Source: Barthelona sp. PAP020
Lineage: Eukaryota
Reading direction: 5' to 3'
DNA: 46,347 nt
Assembly (NCBI GenBank): GCA_040182905.1
Contig: JARQWU010000056.1
Location: forward strand, 1-46,347
Shown here: in pieces, positions 18,762-29,300 of the stretch
How the letters are laid out: each line of letters begins with the position of its first letter
Numbering within the stretch: position 1 is the first letter of the stretch
Position numbers and translations under genes: made by a program
The notes under the pieces: model-generated
Told to the model about the DNA's origin: nothing
What the model saw: the letters and a program-made list of their open reading frames with translations, nothing else
The model's database searches: none

Positions 18762-19904
18762 TTAATCATTCCACTCAATATAATCACTATCTAAAGAATA
18801 ATTATTATTTCTTTCAGTATTTTCAATATCAATTTCATTTTTAAATATAATTGATGTACAAAATAGTACAAGGCTTTCAGAACTTGAACAGTTTTCAATG
18901 GAATAAAAATTATGAATTGGAATGTGAAAAAGATAATTGTTTAAACTGTCAATTACCAATTCCTGAACTTTCCAATGTCCATTTATTTCTTCACCTCTAA
19001 CTAACAATTTTCCATTGCCGGATTTCACAATGAAAGTTAAATCATCTGTGTTAGAATTGCAAAAACTAATTTTTGAGCTTTTTAACACTTCTACAATCTT
19101 ATCTTCCTTGATAAAATATTTAGTTTCATATTTATTTTTCAAGCAAATATTTAATTTTTCAAATTTTGAATTTTTAGGTTTGAAAATTTCAGAATATTTT
19201 GAAAAGACAATCTTTTTCTTTTCATAACAATTTTGATCGGGTAAATATATCTCAGCTAATTGATCATTTATTATCGAATTAGGCGACTCATCATCAATAA
19301 TATCCGACGCAAATTCCATATTTCCTAATTTTCGTTTTTCTTTATTTCCTTTCATTTCATAATCATTTTCAAAACCTGTATAAACTTTACCAGGAGTGCT
19401 AACTAATGAATCAATTTCTTCCTTTTCAGTTTGAAATCGAGAATTTTCATATCGAATCTCACTATTGGTAAAATCAATACTGGAATCAAGTTTACAATTG
19501 CGTTCTATGGATTGTATTGGGGATGCTTTCCAATTTATAGGTGAATCAAAATTATTATGGTACATATAATTTAAATCATCATTGTTTTTCTGTTTACGGT
19601 TATTTGGTGTGATTTCATTTGTTTCTAGCACACTATCAAGAGTATTATCTTTGTCGGTTGATAAATGTTGAGGTGTTTGTTTATTATCCATTTCAGATTC
19701 ACAGTCATAATTTGAATTGGAGTCACATGAAATATCTTTCTTTGTTTGACTTTCTATTATTGATGCTGCTGAATCCAACCAACTCATTGAATCATCAATT
19801 TCAAGAGTTCTACGTCCAGCATTAACAAATTCAGGCGCCTTAAATTTTGACACATCCATCGTTCCTACACGAAACCCTTTGTCAGTGTTAAACAAAGGTT
19901 CCAT
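18762..19904 (-). CDS. CENP-C/Mif2-like protein (disordered N-terminus, C-terminal cupin)
   Basis: The C-terminal LTFIVKSG...LFHIPIHNFYSIENCSSSESLVLFCT resembles the CENP-C cupin (LVFYVNFG...FYVPSGNYYNIKN..NEESVLLFT). The N-terminal AGRRT resembles the Mif2/Cnp3 G/S-R-K-T motif. The middle region is low-complexity. Confidence 0.6.
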   Translation of the reverse strand: MEPLFNTDKGFRVGTMDVSKFKAPEFVNAGRRTLEIDDSMSWLDSAASIIESQTKKDISCDSNSNYDCESEMDNKQTPQHLSTDKDNTLDSVLETNEITPNNRKQKNNDDLNYMYHNNFDSPINWKASPIQSIERNCKLDSSIDFTNSEIRYENSRFQTEKEEIDSLVSTPGKVYTGFENDYEMKGNKEKRKLGNMEFASDIIDDESPNSIINDQLAEIYLPDQNCYEKKKIVFSKYSEIFKPKNSKFEKLNICLKNKYETKYFIKEDKIVEVLKSSKISFCNSNTDDLTFIVKSGNGKLLVRGEEINGHWKVQELVIDSLNNYLFHIPIHNFYSIENCSSSESLVLFCTSIIFKNEIDIENTERNNNYSLDSDYIEWND

Positions 19905-20036
19905 AAATTATTGATCAAAAAGTAAAAAATGGACAATTTTTTTTTCCACAATTAACAAAGGTGGATTTCAATGAATGTTTTGACAACTATGAAAAAAACA
20001 ACAACATAAAAATCACATATTTATTGGTTTATTTAT

Positions 20037-22835
20037 TTAAGTTAACAACTTTTGTAGTAATGCTGTTAACACTTCTCTTTCATCTGAAGAAATATTATTA
20101 GAATTTAGGTTGCCCAAAATAGCTTCAACACCAACTGATTCTTTGGGTTTTTTGGATTCTCTCTTTGACTTTTCCTCTTCAATAATTTCTGGTTCTGATT
20201 CACTTTCAGTCTCAACTTCTGGTTCTGATTCCACTTCGGGCTCAGGTTCCTCATAAGAATAAAATTCAAGATAACGTTCAACATCAACATTTCTTCCTTC
20301 AACTTCAACCAAAGGCCACTCACTTTTAACATTGTGTAAAGGTTTTGTTCTTTGTTCAATTTTTTCTTCATTTTCGAATGAAGATTCTTTCATTTCTTGA
20401 ACATGTTCAGATAATACATTTGCAGCTTCATCATAACCTCGAATTTTTGCTGCAGCATATGCCAAAGAAGTCAATCCATGTTTGGCCAAATTTTTGACTA
20501 AAACTTCATCATTGTCTAACAAAGAAGAAGCCATGAAGGAAGTAGAAGAAACTTCTGAATTAATGGCTATGTTTTTCAACAAATCATCATCACCAGAAAC
20601 CACACCCAAAATAGTTAAAACAGATTCAGTTTCTTTTAAATCTTTGAATGCTTCAATTGCTATATCCATCTTTCCTTGGTCCAAAGCAACATTGGCCAAC
20701 TTTTTCAGATGTATTTCGTTTCCACTCAGATGAGCTTCACGACTGGCACTTACAAAATCATCTGATGCTAAAGCAATGTCAAAACGAGCAGAATTGTCAG
20801 CAGTTGAAATACCTAAAGCTAACTCTGCTTGATTTTGATCCTCTAAATATCTAACAAGATGAATTCCATTAGGTTTGTTTCGTTTAATAATAATAGGAGC
20901 AAGAGGAATTTCTTTGGGTAAATGTGTTCCAATCTTTACTAAGGGTTCAGTTAAATCCAAATCCATGTGTTTAATTTGACGTGTAATATCAAAATAAAAC
21001 AATCTAAATACCTTATTATCAACACTCTTTAAAATTTTCTTGGTTTTGTTGGAAGTGGGTCTTTTTCCAACCTTAATTAATTGGAAAGTATTTGCTAATC
21101 CACAAACAATACCACTATCGTTGTGAATAGTTAAATATTTCAGATGGCGTGAAGTATTAAACATCAAAATATCCTTTGTGTAATGATCTTGCAAATCAAT
21201 TAAAGCACCAATTTGTAAATCAGCCCAAATCATTGTTTCTATATCTAAGAAATCAATATGTGTTGCTTTGATATTTAATTTGTCATCAAGTATTAAAACA
21301 CGATTATTTGATTTCAAGGCAACCATAGTACCTTTGGTATTCCATTTGACAGCGGTAACATTGGGGATGTTTGCTCTTTCAACAATAGAACCATTATCAA
21401 TATCAATCAACAAAATAGCCTCATTATTGAAAGCACTCACCAAGCAATAATTTTTATTTTCTGCTTCCGGAGGTGAAGGGAAAATCTCATGAACATCTAA
21501 ATCAGGACATATGTCAAATTTAATGGCATCAGATTTAAGATTGAAAAGGTTCAATTTATTATATTCAAAACCAACAAAAGAAGAGGAGTTTTGAAAACAA
21601 CAGGCCTTTATTGCAGCAGTCATTGACTTGTCCAATGTTTCTTGAGGGTGCTTTGGTAATTTTAAAAGATCTACAAATTCACTGTATTCTCCAGTGGAAA
21701 AATTTGCCATAATCAACTCTTTTTCAGGATTAAAACTAATTGATTTCAAATCAACTTGAGTAGTCCTTGGGGGTAATAACCCCAAAGCGGTAGAAACACC
21801 ACTAATCAAATTGGCAGAATAGATTGTGTCTGAACGAACATAAAATACGGTGTTTTTATGCACACAAAAAACAGGTTGCTCCTTACTCAAAGAAAAGATA
21901 TTAAATCCTTTTTCACTTGATACTGAAAACAAAGGTAAACTTGGATGTCCAGAAACATGCCAATATTTTCCTAAAGAACCTCTGTGAACAAAAATCTTTT
22001 CTTTAGTTCTCCAATTGATAGCTCTCACCTTACCATCCTCAGATGTTGACAATAATATGGAAGGATCTGCTGGATGAAACAAACAACAAGTTACGTTTGC
22101 TGTATGCCCAACAAATTTTCTGATTGGCCATGCCTGTTCATCATCATAACGCCAAACAATAACTTTAAAATCATCACTTGCAGAAGCTAGAATATTTTCA
22201 GTGGGATGCCAATCAACCCAGTTTACATCAAATTCATGACCAACTAAGGAATTTCGGACAAAAACAGGAGCGCCAAGACCAAACATATCGTGATTCATAT
22301 CACTATCTGACATCATTCCAGAAGAAACCAAAGCGCTAATATCCCATATTCTCACAGTTCTATCCAAAGAAGCACTCGCCAATAAAGGTTTTGTAGGATG
22401 AAATCTGGCACACATAACATAATGAGTATGTCCAGATAAAGTTGATATACAATGTCCTGTGGACCAATTAAAAATTCTTATTTCATGGTCATCACAAGCA
22501 CTACAAATCCAGGGATAATCTTTGTGAAAATGAATTGATCTCACATAATCACAATTATCCGTTAAAATAACTTGTTTTTTAAATGTATTCAAATTATATA
22601 CAATAACAGTATTATCATCAGATGCAGTTGCAAATAAAGGTTGGGTAGGATGAAATTCAACAGCTCTCACAGGCCCACTGTGATCTTTAAATGTACGCAT
22701 AAATGATTTTAACGACAAATCATACAATTTCACTGAATGATCATAATATCCAATCAAAATAAGGGGCATATTGGGATGAAATGAAGTACATTTCACCTTT
22801 GTTCCTGAAATCTCACCCAAAGAAAATGAAGACAT
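20037..22835 (-). CDS. COPA: Coatomer alpha subunit-like, 932 aa
   Basis: The WD40 series is typical of alpha-COP: KVKCTSFHP, HSGPVRAVEFHPTQPLF, DYVRSIHFHKDYPWI, GHTHYVMCARFHP, SASLDRTVRIWDIS, VNWVDWHP. A solenoid (ARFDIAL) and the WPLV motif follow. The ATG is at 22835; the track's upstream extension is a non-coding-like T-rich run. Confidence 0.85.
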   Translation of the reverse strand: MSSFSLGEISGTKVKCTSFHPNMPLILIGYYDHSVKLYDLSLKSFMRTFKDHSGPVRAVEFHPTQPLFATASDDNTVIVYNLNTFKKQVILTDNCDYVRSIHFHKDYPWICSACDDHEIRIFNWSTGHCISTLSGHTHYVMCARFHPTKPLLASASLDRTVRIWDISALVSSGMMSDSDMNHDMFGLGAPVFVRNSLVGHEFDVNWVDWHPTENILASASDDFKVIVWRYDDEQAWPIRKFVGHTANVTCCLFHPADPSILLSTSEDGKVRAINWRTKEKIFVHRGSLGKYWHVSGHPSLPLFSVSSEKGFNIFSLSKEQPVFCVHKNTVFYVRSDTIYSANLISGVSTALGLLPPRTTQVDLKSISFNPEKELIMANFSTGEYSEFVDLLKLPKHPQETLDKSMTAAIKACCFQNSSSFVGFEYNKLNLFNLKSDAIKFDICPDLDVHEIFPSPPEAENKNYCLVSAFNNEAILLIDIDNGSIVERANIPNVTAVKWNTKGTMVALKSNNRVLILDDKLNIKATHIDFLDIETMIWADLQIGALIDLQDHYTKDILMFNTSRHLKYLTIHNDSGIVCGLANTFQLIKVGKRPTSNKTKKILKSVDNKVFRLFYFDITRQIKHMDLDLTEPLVKIGTHLPKEIPLAPIIIKRNKPNGIHLVRYLEDQNQAELALGISTADNSARFDIALASDDFVSASREAHLSGNEIHLKKLANVALDQGKMDIAIEAFKDLKETESVLTILGVVSGDDDLLKNIAINSEVSSTSFMASSLLDNDEVLVKNLAKHGLTSLAYAAAKIRGYDEAANVLSEHVQEMKESSFENEEKIEQRTKPLHNVKSEWPLVEVEGRNVDVERYLEFYSYEEPEPEVESEPEVETESESEPEIIEEEKSKRESKKPKESVGVEAILGNLNSNNISSDEREVLTALLQKLLT

Positions 22836-23279
22836 TGGAAAAAAAAAATTTTTAACGAAGTTTACATGATTCCTTTTTTTTTTGTTTTTAAACAAAACAA
22901 ACAAATAAAATTTTGTTGTTCGAAATGTTTTTTTATTAAGACGGTCAAAGAAAAACATTTTTGAAAAAAAGAAATTCCCATTATTTATCACTCCAAAATG
23001 ATGCAACGACTTATATGATGTGTGTTCTTTTGAAATTATTTAAGTTCTGTGTGTAAGGGGTCAAAATGTGCAATTGATTCAGAAGTTTTGGAAGTGTTTT
23101 TACAACAGCAACTACTGTTGAAACTTCCACAAAATATTCTCAAAATGAAATCTATCACTCTTGTGGTGTTAATTTATCACAAACAATGTGTTAATATTTT
23201 GAATTCCAATTTTAAATTTTAAAGTAATTTTTTTTTATGTAGATTTATTTTCAACATCAATGTGAATTATACATAACAT

Positions 23280-23714
23280 ATGAATCAAAAAACAGTATCA
23301 TCGAGATCAGAAAAAGCATTTTCAACTCCAACTCGACTTCCGTCAAGATCAAAGACTGTACGAACATTTTCTTATGGTTTGGAGACAAACTCAATGAGTA
23401 TTCCCAAAAAGCTTACTGAAAAAGATATTAAGGGATGTGAAATTATTTTGCCACCTTTTTCACCTGGGGATACATTTGAAGAAGAAAAAGGGGGACATAT
23501 TCACAACAATTCTAAACATGAAGTTGGGATATCTAAAATGCCTTTTACACCTCGAATGGCCTACAATGTTTTTGACAAGCAAAAGTCAAAATATGGCTTA
23601 TCATCAGGGAAAACTCCGCAAAAAAATCAAAACAAAGGAAATTCTAACAAAAATAAAAGAAGGAAGCCCTCATTTTCTCAAACTTTACCTTCTTCTGGTT
23701 TGCCTTCAAATTAA
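23280..23714 (+). CDS. Hypothetical basic, disordered protein (144 aa)
   Basis: ATG-initiated ORF filling an intergenic gap, with higher GC than its flanks and several S/T-P-x-K/R-like sites. No family recognised. Confidence 0.5.
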   Translation: MNQKTVSSRSEKAFSTPTRLPSRSKTVRTFSYGLETNSMSIPKKLTEKDIKGCEIILPPFSPGDTFEEEKGGHIHNNSKHEVGISKMPFTPRMAYNVFDKQKSKYGLSSGKTPQKNQNKGNSNKNKRRKPSFSQTLPSSGLPSN

Positions 23715-23811
23715 TTGGTGTATGAATAGTTACTTGTAAATATATATTTAATTTTTTGCAAATGTCATTGTTGAAGATTTCTAAGACTCCTTTTTTTTTT
23801 TTCTATTCTAA

Positions 23812-24516
23812 ATGGAAGAGCGAGTTAAACTTAAAGTTAACTATTTTTCACAATACCATATCATCAATTATTTATTGATATTAAGTTATTTTTTTGCCAG
23901 ATTTGCTCTGAAACCAAATTTGGGATTTGATGATTTTGGAGTGGCTAGAGATTTAAGCATTTTTATTGGAGGTTTAATTGCATGTATTTATAAAATTCTT
24001 AGGGCACCAAGTATTGAATTTGGTTTGTACCAATCATTTCGAATTTTAAATATTGTTGTGATCTTTGTTTCTTTTTCTTTTGACAAGAAATTGGGTTTAT
24101 TTTATGTGTGTATGAATGTTATTGTTTTTTTTAGAGTACAAATACCTTCTTATAAAGGCCAAAATAAAATCACCTCCATCGTTGAGCCAAAACAAATAAC
24201 AGATGTTCAAAATGGGATTATTTGTGTTTTTTCTAATGCTACAAATTATTCAAAATTGTTTTTAAGAACTTATATGGAACTTTCTTTGAATTGCAAAGAA
24301 AAATTTTATTTGACCACATTGAAATGCGTTGAATCCACAAAATTAATTGATCACTTACCTAACAGAACTTTTAATCATTGTCCTATTTTGATTAAACTTT
24401 CTGATGGAAAAGTTGAAAATTTTATACCAAAATCAAGACATGTCAAAGACAAAAATAAAGCTCATTTAAGTTATGATAATTTAGTTCAATACTTTAATTT
24501 ACAATTGAAATATTAA
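23812..24516 (+). CDS. TMX2: Thioredoxin-related transmembrane protein 2 (TMX2)-like
   Basis: YHIINYLLILSYFF, FSFDKKLGLFYVCMNVIVFF..IPSYKG (cf. FRLDIRMGLLYITLCIVFL..PPLYMG) and YMELSL (cf. YADLSL), with a degenerate thioredoxin fold. Confidence 0.65.
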   Translation: MEERVKLKVNYFSQYHIINYLLILSYFFARFALKPNLGFDDFGVARDLSIFIGGLIACIYKILRAPSIEFGLYQSFRILNIVVIFVSFSFDKKLGLFYVCMNVIVFFRVQIPSYKGQNKITSIVEPKQITDVQNGIICVFSNATNYSKLFLRTYMELSLNCKEKFYLTTLKCVESTKLIDHLPNRTFNHCPILIKLSDGKVENFIPKSRHVKDKNKAHLSYDNLVQYFNLQLKY

Positions 24517-25281
24517 AATCATAAACAACGAAACAGTTACTTTTTCTTTTTTTTTTTTAATAATTCAATCGCACCAGCAACAATTGTTGATTAGAAAATA
24601 ATTTATGTGAAAGATGTTATTTTCAAGAAAAAAAAAACTTTTGAATAAAAATATTTTATGTTTGCTCGTCTTTTCTCCTCAGGAATCGAAAAAGGAGCAT
24701 GTAGGAAATGTTAAACAAATATCATGCATCTCATTTCCTTTTTTTTGAGAATGTAGAAATTGACATTTAATATTCAAAAATAAACCTTTAGAAGTGGCCA
24801 GTTGAAAGAAGGATTTTTCAAAAATGGTTACACATTTATAGTTTGTACATAACGGTCGATGTAATCATAGAATTCACATGCAATATGTTTCCTTTGAGGA
24901 TAAATGAAAATGCAAAGGGAAATTAATTGTGTAGTTTCCAAACCTCTGACGGATTGTGTACATGGAAATTACAACATATTTGAGAAATCTTATTTTTGAT
25001 TGACAACTTGAAAGATGTGATTGTACAGCATTTATTCTAGATGAACTTTGTTGTTGACTGATAAATTGAGTTATTTTCGGTTGCTTGAAATTATCCCTTT
25101 CTTTTTATTTTCAACATCATTTTCAAATGTTTTGACCATTTAATATGCTCAAAACTAAATGAAATTTGAACATATTTCCATACTTTTCAACTCTTTGTCT
25201 TGAATTGAGACGAAGACAAACAAAAATAAACATATCTATTTACATTAATTTTTCCGCAGTCCATTTCATCATTTCGACTAT

Positions 25282-25788
25282 TTAAGATGAAGTGCCAAAC
25301 ACAAAAGAAGACTCTACTAAATCAATGATTCTCTGTTGTATTTCAGTGATACATTGAGGATCATTGTGCAAATATTTTATCAATTTTGAAGGTTTTTCTC
25401 CTAAAAGTTGACTAAACGTCACTAAAAAAATTTGAACCACAAAATTACCAAAACAAGCAGGTTCAAATTCCTCCAATGTGGATAATTCAACTTGATCAAT
25501 TTTATCGTATATTGCTTGATACTTTAAAGCCATCGGAGGTATTCTAGAATTCGAAGAACTGTGAGTTCTTCTGTTTTGAAACCATATTTGTACTGTTTTT
25601 TTCGAATGTCCTACCCATTCTGAATAACATTGATACAGCAAAGAACCAAATTTATTTGCTCTGGGTGGTGAACTGGAAAAACGATATGCAAATTCAAGAA
25701 AACCTCTTTGAAAATAACCTAAATTCACTCTTTGTTCATGTGATTGTTTTGATGGTTCAACAATTTCAAAATTATTCGATAATGCCAT
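25282..25788 (-). CDS. Homeodomain protein (atypical)
   Basis: Recognition helix VQIWFQNRR and helix 1 FQRGFLEFAY are present. Confidence 0.75.
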   Translation of the reverse strand: MALSNNFEIVEPSKQSHEQRVNLGYFQRGFLEFAYRFSSSPPRANKFGSLLYQCYSEWVGHSKKTVQIWFQNRRTHSSSNSRIPPMALKYQAIYDKIDQVELSTLEEFEPACFGNFVVQIFLVTFSQLLGEKPSKLIKYLHNDPQCITEIQQRIIDLVESSFVFGTSS

Positions 25789-26362
25789 TGGAAGAATTCA
25801 TAATGAAAAAAAAAGCAAAATATGAATTTCTATATTTCTCAATGCAATCTTTCAAACAATAAAATAGGTTCAAAAGGATCATGTTTAATTATGTTTATTA
25901 TAATTTTCTTCATATTCATCCCATTAACAATACTTTTTCAACATCTTAATATCAACAAAGAGAAGACAAGTGAATTTGTCTGAACAGTTTTCCAAAAAAA
26001 GAAAAGATATCGATAAAATTAAAGTTTGATTGTTTTACGTGTGAATTAGAAAATTGTGTTCTTTTTCTGTGATTTTTGAATAAAATTCATTCATTTAAAG
26101 ATGTCAAACAATTTTGAAACCAAAATATTTTTATTTGCTTGATTTTATCAAAAATTCTTCATCAATGACGACCTCAGCAAAATTAGTTTTCAATAAACAA
26201 ATAAAATAATGTTCATTCTGTGCAATTCTTCAAAAGTTCCATCAGAAAAGACAAAAGAACAAACCAAAACAAGTGTAAAACACAGTTCACACAAAAAAAT
26301 TATTGAATAACAACATTTATAAATAAGGATCCTTTCATGCTTCAGGACAACAAAAACATGAG

Positions 26363-29300
26363 TTAATCATCATCTAAATCATCAAGGAAATCCAACAATG
26401 TATTGGCGCTAGATTTTGCACTTGATTTTGAGTTGGAAGTTGAACCCTGAGATGGTTTATTAACATTACGAGTTAAAGAGGTGACTCTACTTTTTGCAGG
26501 AGTAGTTTTCTTTGCAACAACTTTAGTTTTAGCTTTTGGAGCAGATTCAATCTTTTTGGCTGGCTTTTTGACTGCTTTTGCTGGTGCAGCTTTTGGTTTC
26601 GTAACTCGAGTTGATTTTGCTTTTCTCTTGGGTGGTGTTTCAATGACAGAATCTGCTTCTTCATCATCTTCATCATCAAACAAACTATTGTTTAACTCAT
26701 CATCTTCCAAAAAGTCTTCTTCTTCAAAAAGTGATGAATCTAAATCCAATCTCCTGTCATTATTTTCATCATCGGAAAACATTTCACCAGACATCTCATC
26801 AAATTCATCAGAATATTCAATTTCTTCTTCAGGACTTTGAATTCTAGACTTTTTGCCTTTATTGCTTTTTGATTCAACTTTTCTTGAAGTTCTGCTATTT
26901 TTTGTCGCTTTCAGTGTTGATTTTTTGACAGGTGTTTCATCAAATTCATCAGAATAGTCAATTTCTTCTTCTTCTTCTTCTTCTTCTTCTTCTTCAAAAG
27001 GACTTTGAATCCTGGATTTTCTACTTTTATTATTTCTTTCTTCAAATTTTTTCGAAGGTTTACTGTCTTTTGCTGTTTTTTGTGTAGGTTTTTTAACAGG
27101 TGTATCATCAAACACTGAACTATCCAAATACAAATCATCATCTTCTTCTTCATACAGATCTTCATAAATATTTTCATCATCATCAATAATCGGTTGTTTT
27201 TTTCTTAAACTCATTTGTGCTTTCTTTAAGATGGGACTTTGGGAGACCTTTCTTGATCGAGTTGATCTTGAATTTGTTGATTTTTTCGAACTAAGACCTT
27301 CCATCTCAATTTCATCATCATCCTCTATTTCAGGAGTTTTTGATTTCCTGGAACCTTTTTTCTTTTGTGTTTTACGTTCTGGGACATAAACAACATCATC
27401 ATCAGTGCTGTTCTTTTCATCAGCATCATCGTCATCATCAATATCACGCTTTTTCTTTTTTGTTTCTTTTTTAACAGTACTGCCTTTCTTACTTTTAGCT
27501 TTAATACTGGCAAGAATACTTTCTGCATCCGAAGATGTTGAACCGCTTATCTTTTTTAATTTTTTAGTGTTAGCAGATAAAACTTCTTCAAGATTGGGAA
27601 CAGGTTCATTAGGTCTGTCATAACCAGGAACAATTTTTTCCGTGATTTCTTTCTCAAATTCAATCCACAACTTTTCAAATTCATCTAATTCTTCTCTCCA
27701 AAGATCTTCAGCAGTTTTACCAATCAAAGTTTGCAAATCATTTTCGATTTTTCTCATTTCTTCTTCTAACTTTTGAATTCGCTTCAAACTGAATGTTCTA
27801 ATTGCAAGATTCAACAAATAATTGTATCCTTCCAATTCTTTTGAATTGAGATCATCAAAATCTTTTACAACTTTAACAGGAACACCATCGACTACCATTG
27901 AAAAATCGTTTTCCATCAATACACTGAATATGTACTCGTCAGATTTCTTTCTGAAATCAATTTCTTCATTGATATACATTTCAATGAACTTAACTTTATT
28001 TCTAGCAATTTCCAATCTTTTGATAAAATCATCAATTAAAAATGTTCTTCTTTCTTGATATTTCATTAATCTTTGATCAAAAAAATCTTTGATCAATTCT
28101 TCAGGGGTTGTAAACCTTCTAATTTTCTTTTGAGAATCAAAAAACACCATATTATTTAAAGAAATGTTTTTGGTAAGCTTAAAATGCTTTAAAATAGCAC
28201 TTTCATTCTTTAATTTTTTAAACTCAGAAGGTGAAAAGGTAATGTTAAAATCAACAGTATTTTCAGTTGAAAAATCATCATAGCTTTCAATTTTTATTGA
28301 ACTCTTTGATTTGCTATCCATATAATTTTCCAGCATTTCTCTAAATTTATCATTCCAAAATTGAAAAGGTAATTCAGTAATTCTCAATCTGTTTTCATCT
28401 TCATATAACTCATATTTACCAATACATTCATAAGTACCAGGTTTTTTCTCACCTTTAGAATTATAAATTGGTTCAATACGACAATCTAGTCCTCTAACCC
28501 AAGGTTTTAAAGGTCTTTGATCCTTTTTATCCAATAGATCCCTGACATTCTCACATAGTTGTAAAGGATGAAAAGGTGGTGCAGATGAACTCCATCCTGA
28601 ACCAATTCCTAAACTTCCATTTACTAGTGCCATGGGTAATATGGGATAATATACATCAGGTTCAATGCTTTGTCCATCATCATCTAAATATGTTAACAAT
28701 GAATCATCATCTTTAGGGAAAATAATTCTTGTAATCTTTTGCAACATGGTATGAATATATCTGTGTTGTGAATGATCATTACCTCCCATAGGTCTGGAAC
28801 CGAAAATACCATCTGGATATAATAATGGTATGTTATTTGAACCAACAAATTCTTGAGCTAATCCAACGATAGTATCACCTAAAGAACCTTCACCATGATG
28901 ATAACCAGTGTGTTCAGCAATATAACCCATCAATTGGGCAACTTTTACAGGTTTGATCAAATTACGCTTGAAACAACCAAATATGATTTTTCTCTGTCCA
29001 GGTTTAAATCCGTCAATTGCTGAAGGAATCATTCTTAGATTTGAATAATTTGAATAAGCTATATATTCTTTATTAATAAAATCACTAATTTTTAAAGAAG
29101 TTTTTGTGTGATCAACGTACGAATTATACTCATAACCATTTAACCAAACTTTTCTAGCATCACTGGCCTTCAATTTAAACGCTATTTCCATTAAAGGATC
29201 ATCTCTGGAAGGACTATATGTAAAATTTAACACATGTTTGGATAAATTTGAAAAATATTCTTTACCTTCTTTAGGTGTGGATGAACCCAAACCTTTGTAA

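Noticed and set aside
22836..23006. N-terminal extension of alpha-COP in the ORF track
   Set aside because: It is an F/K-rich translation of T/A runs with a TTG start. Homology begins at the ATG at 22835.
26473..28058. Multiple alternative-frame and antisense ORFs over the TOP2 tail, and similar short ORFs inside other long genes
   Set aside because: They are shadows of low-complexity coding sequence (GAT/GAA/AAA runs) with no independent support.
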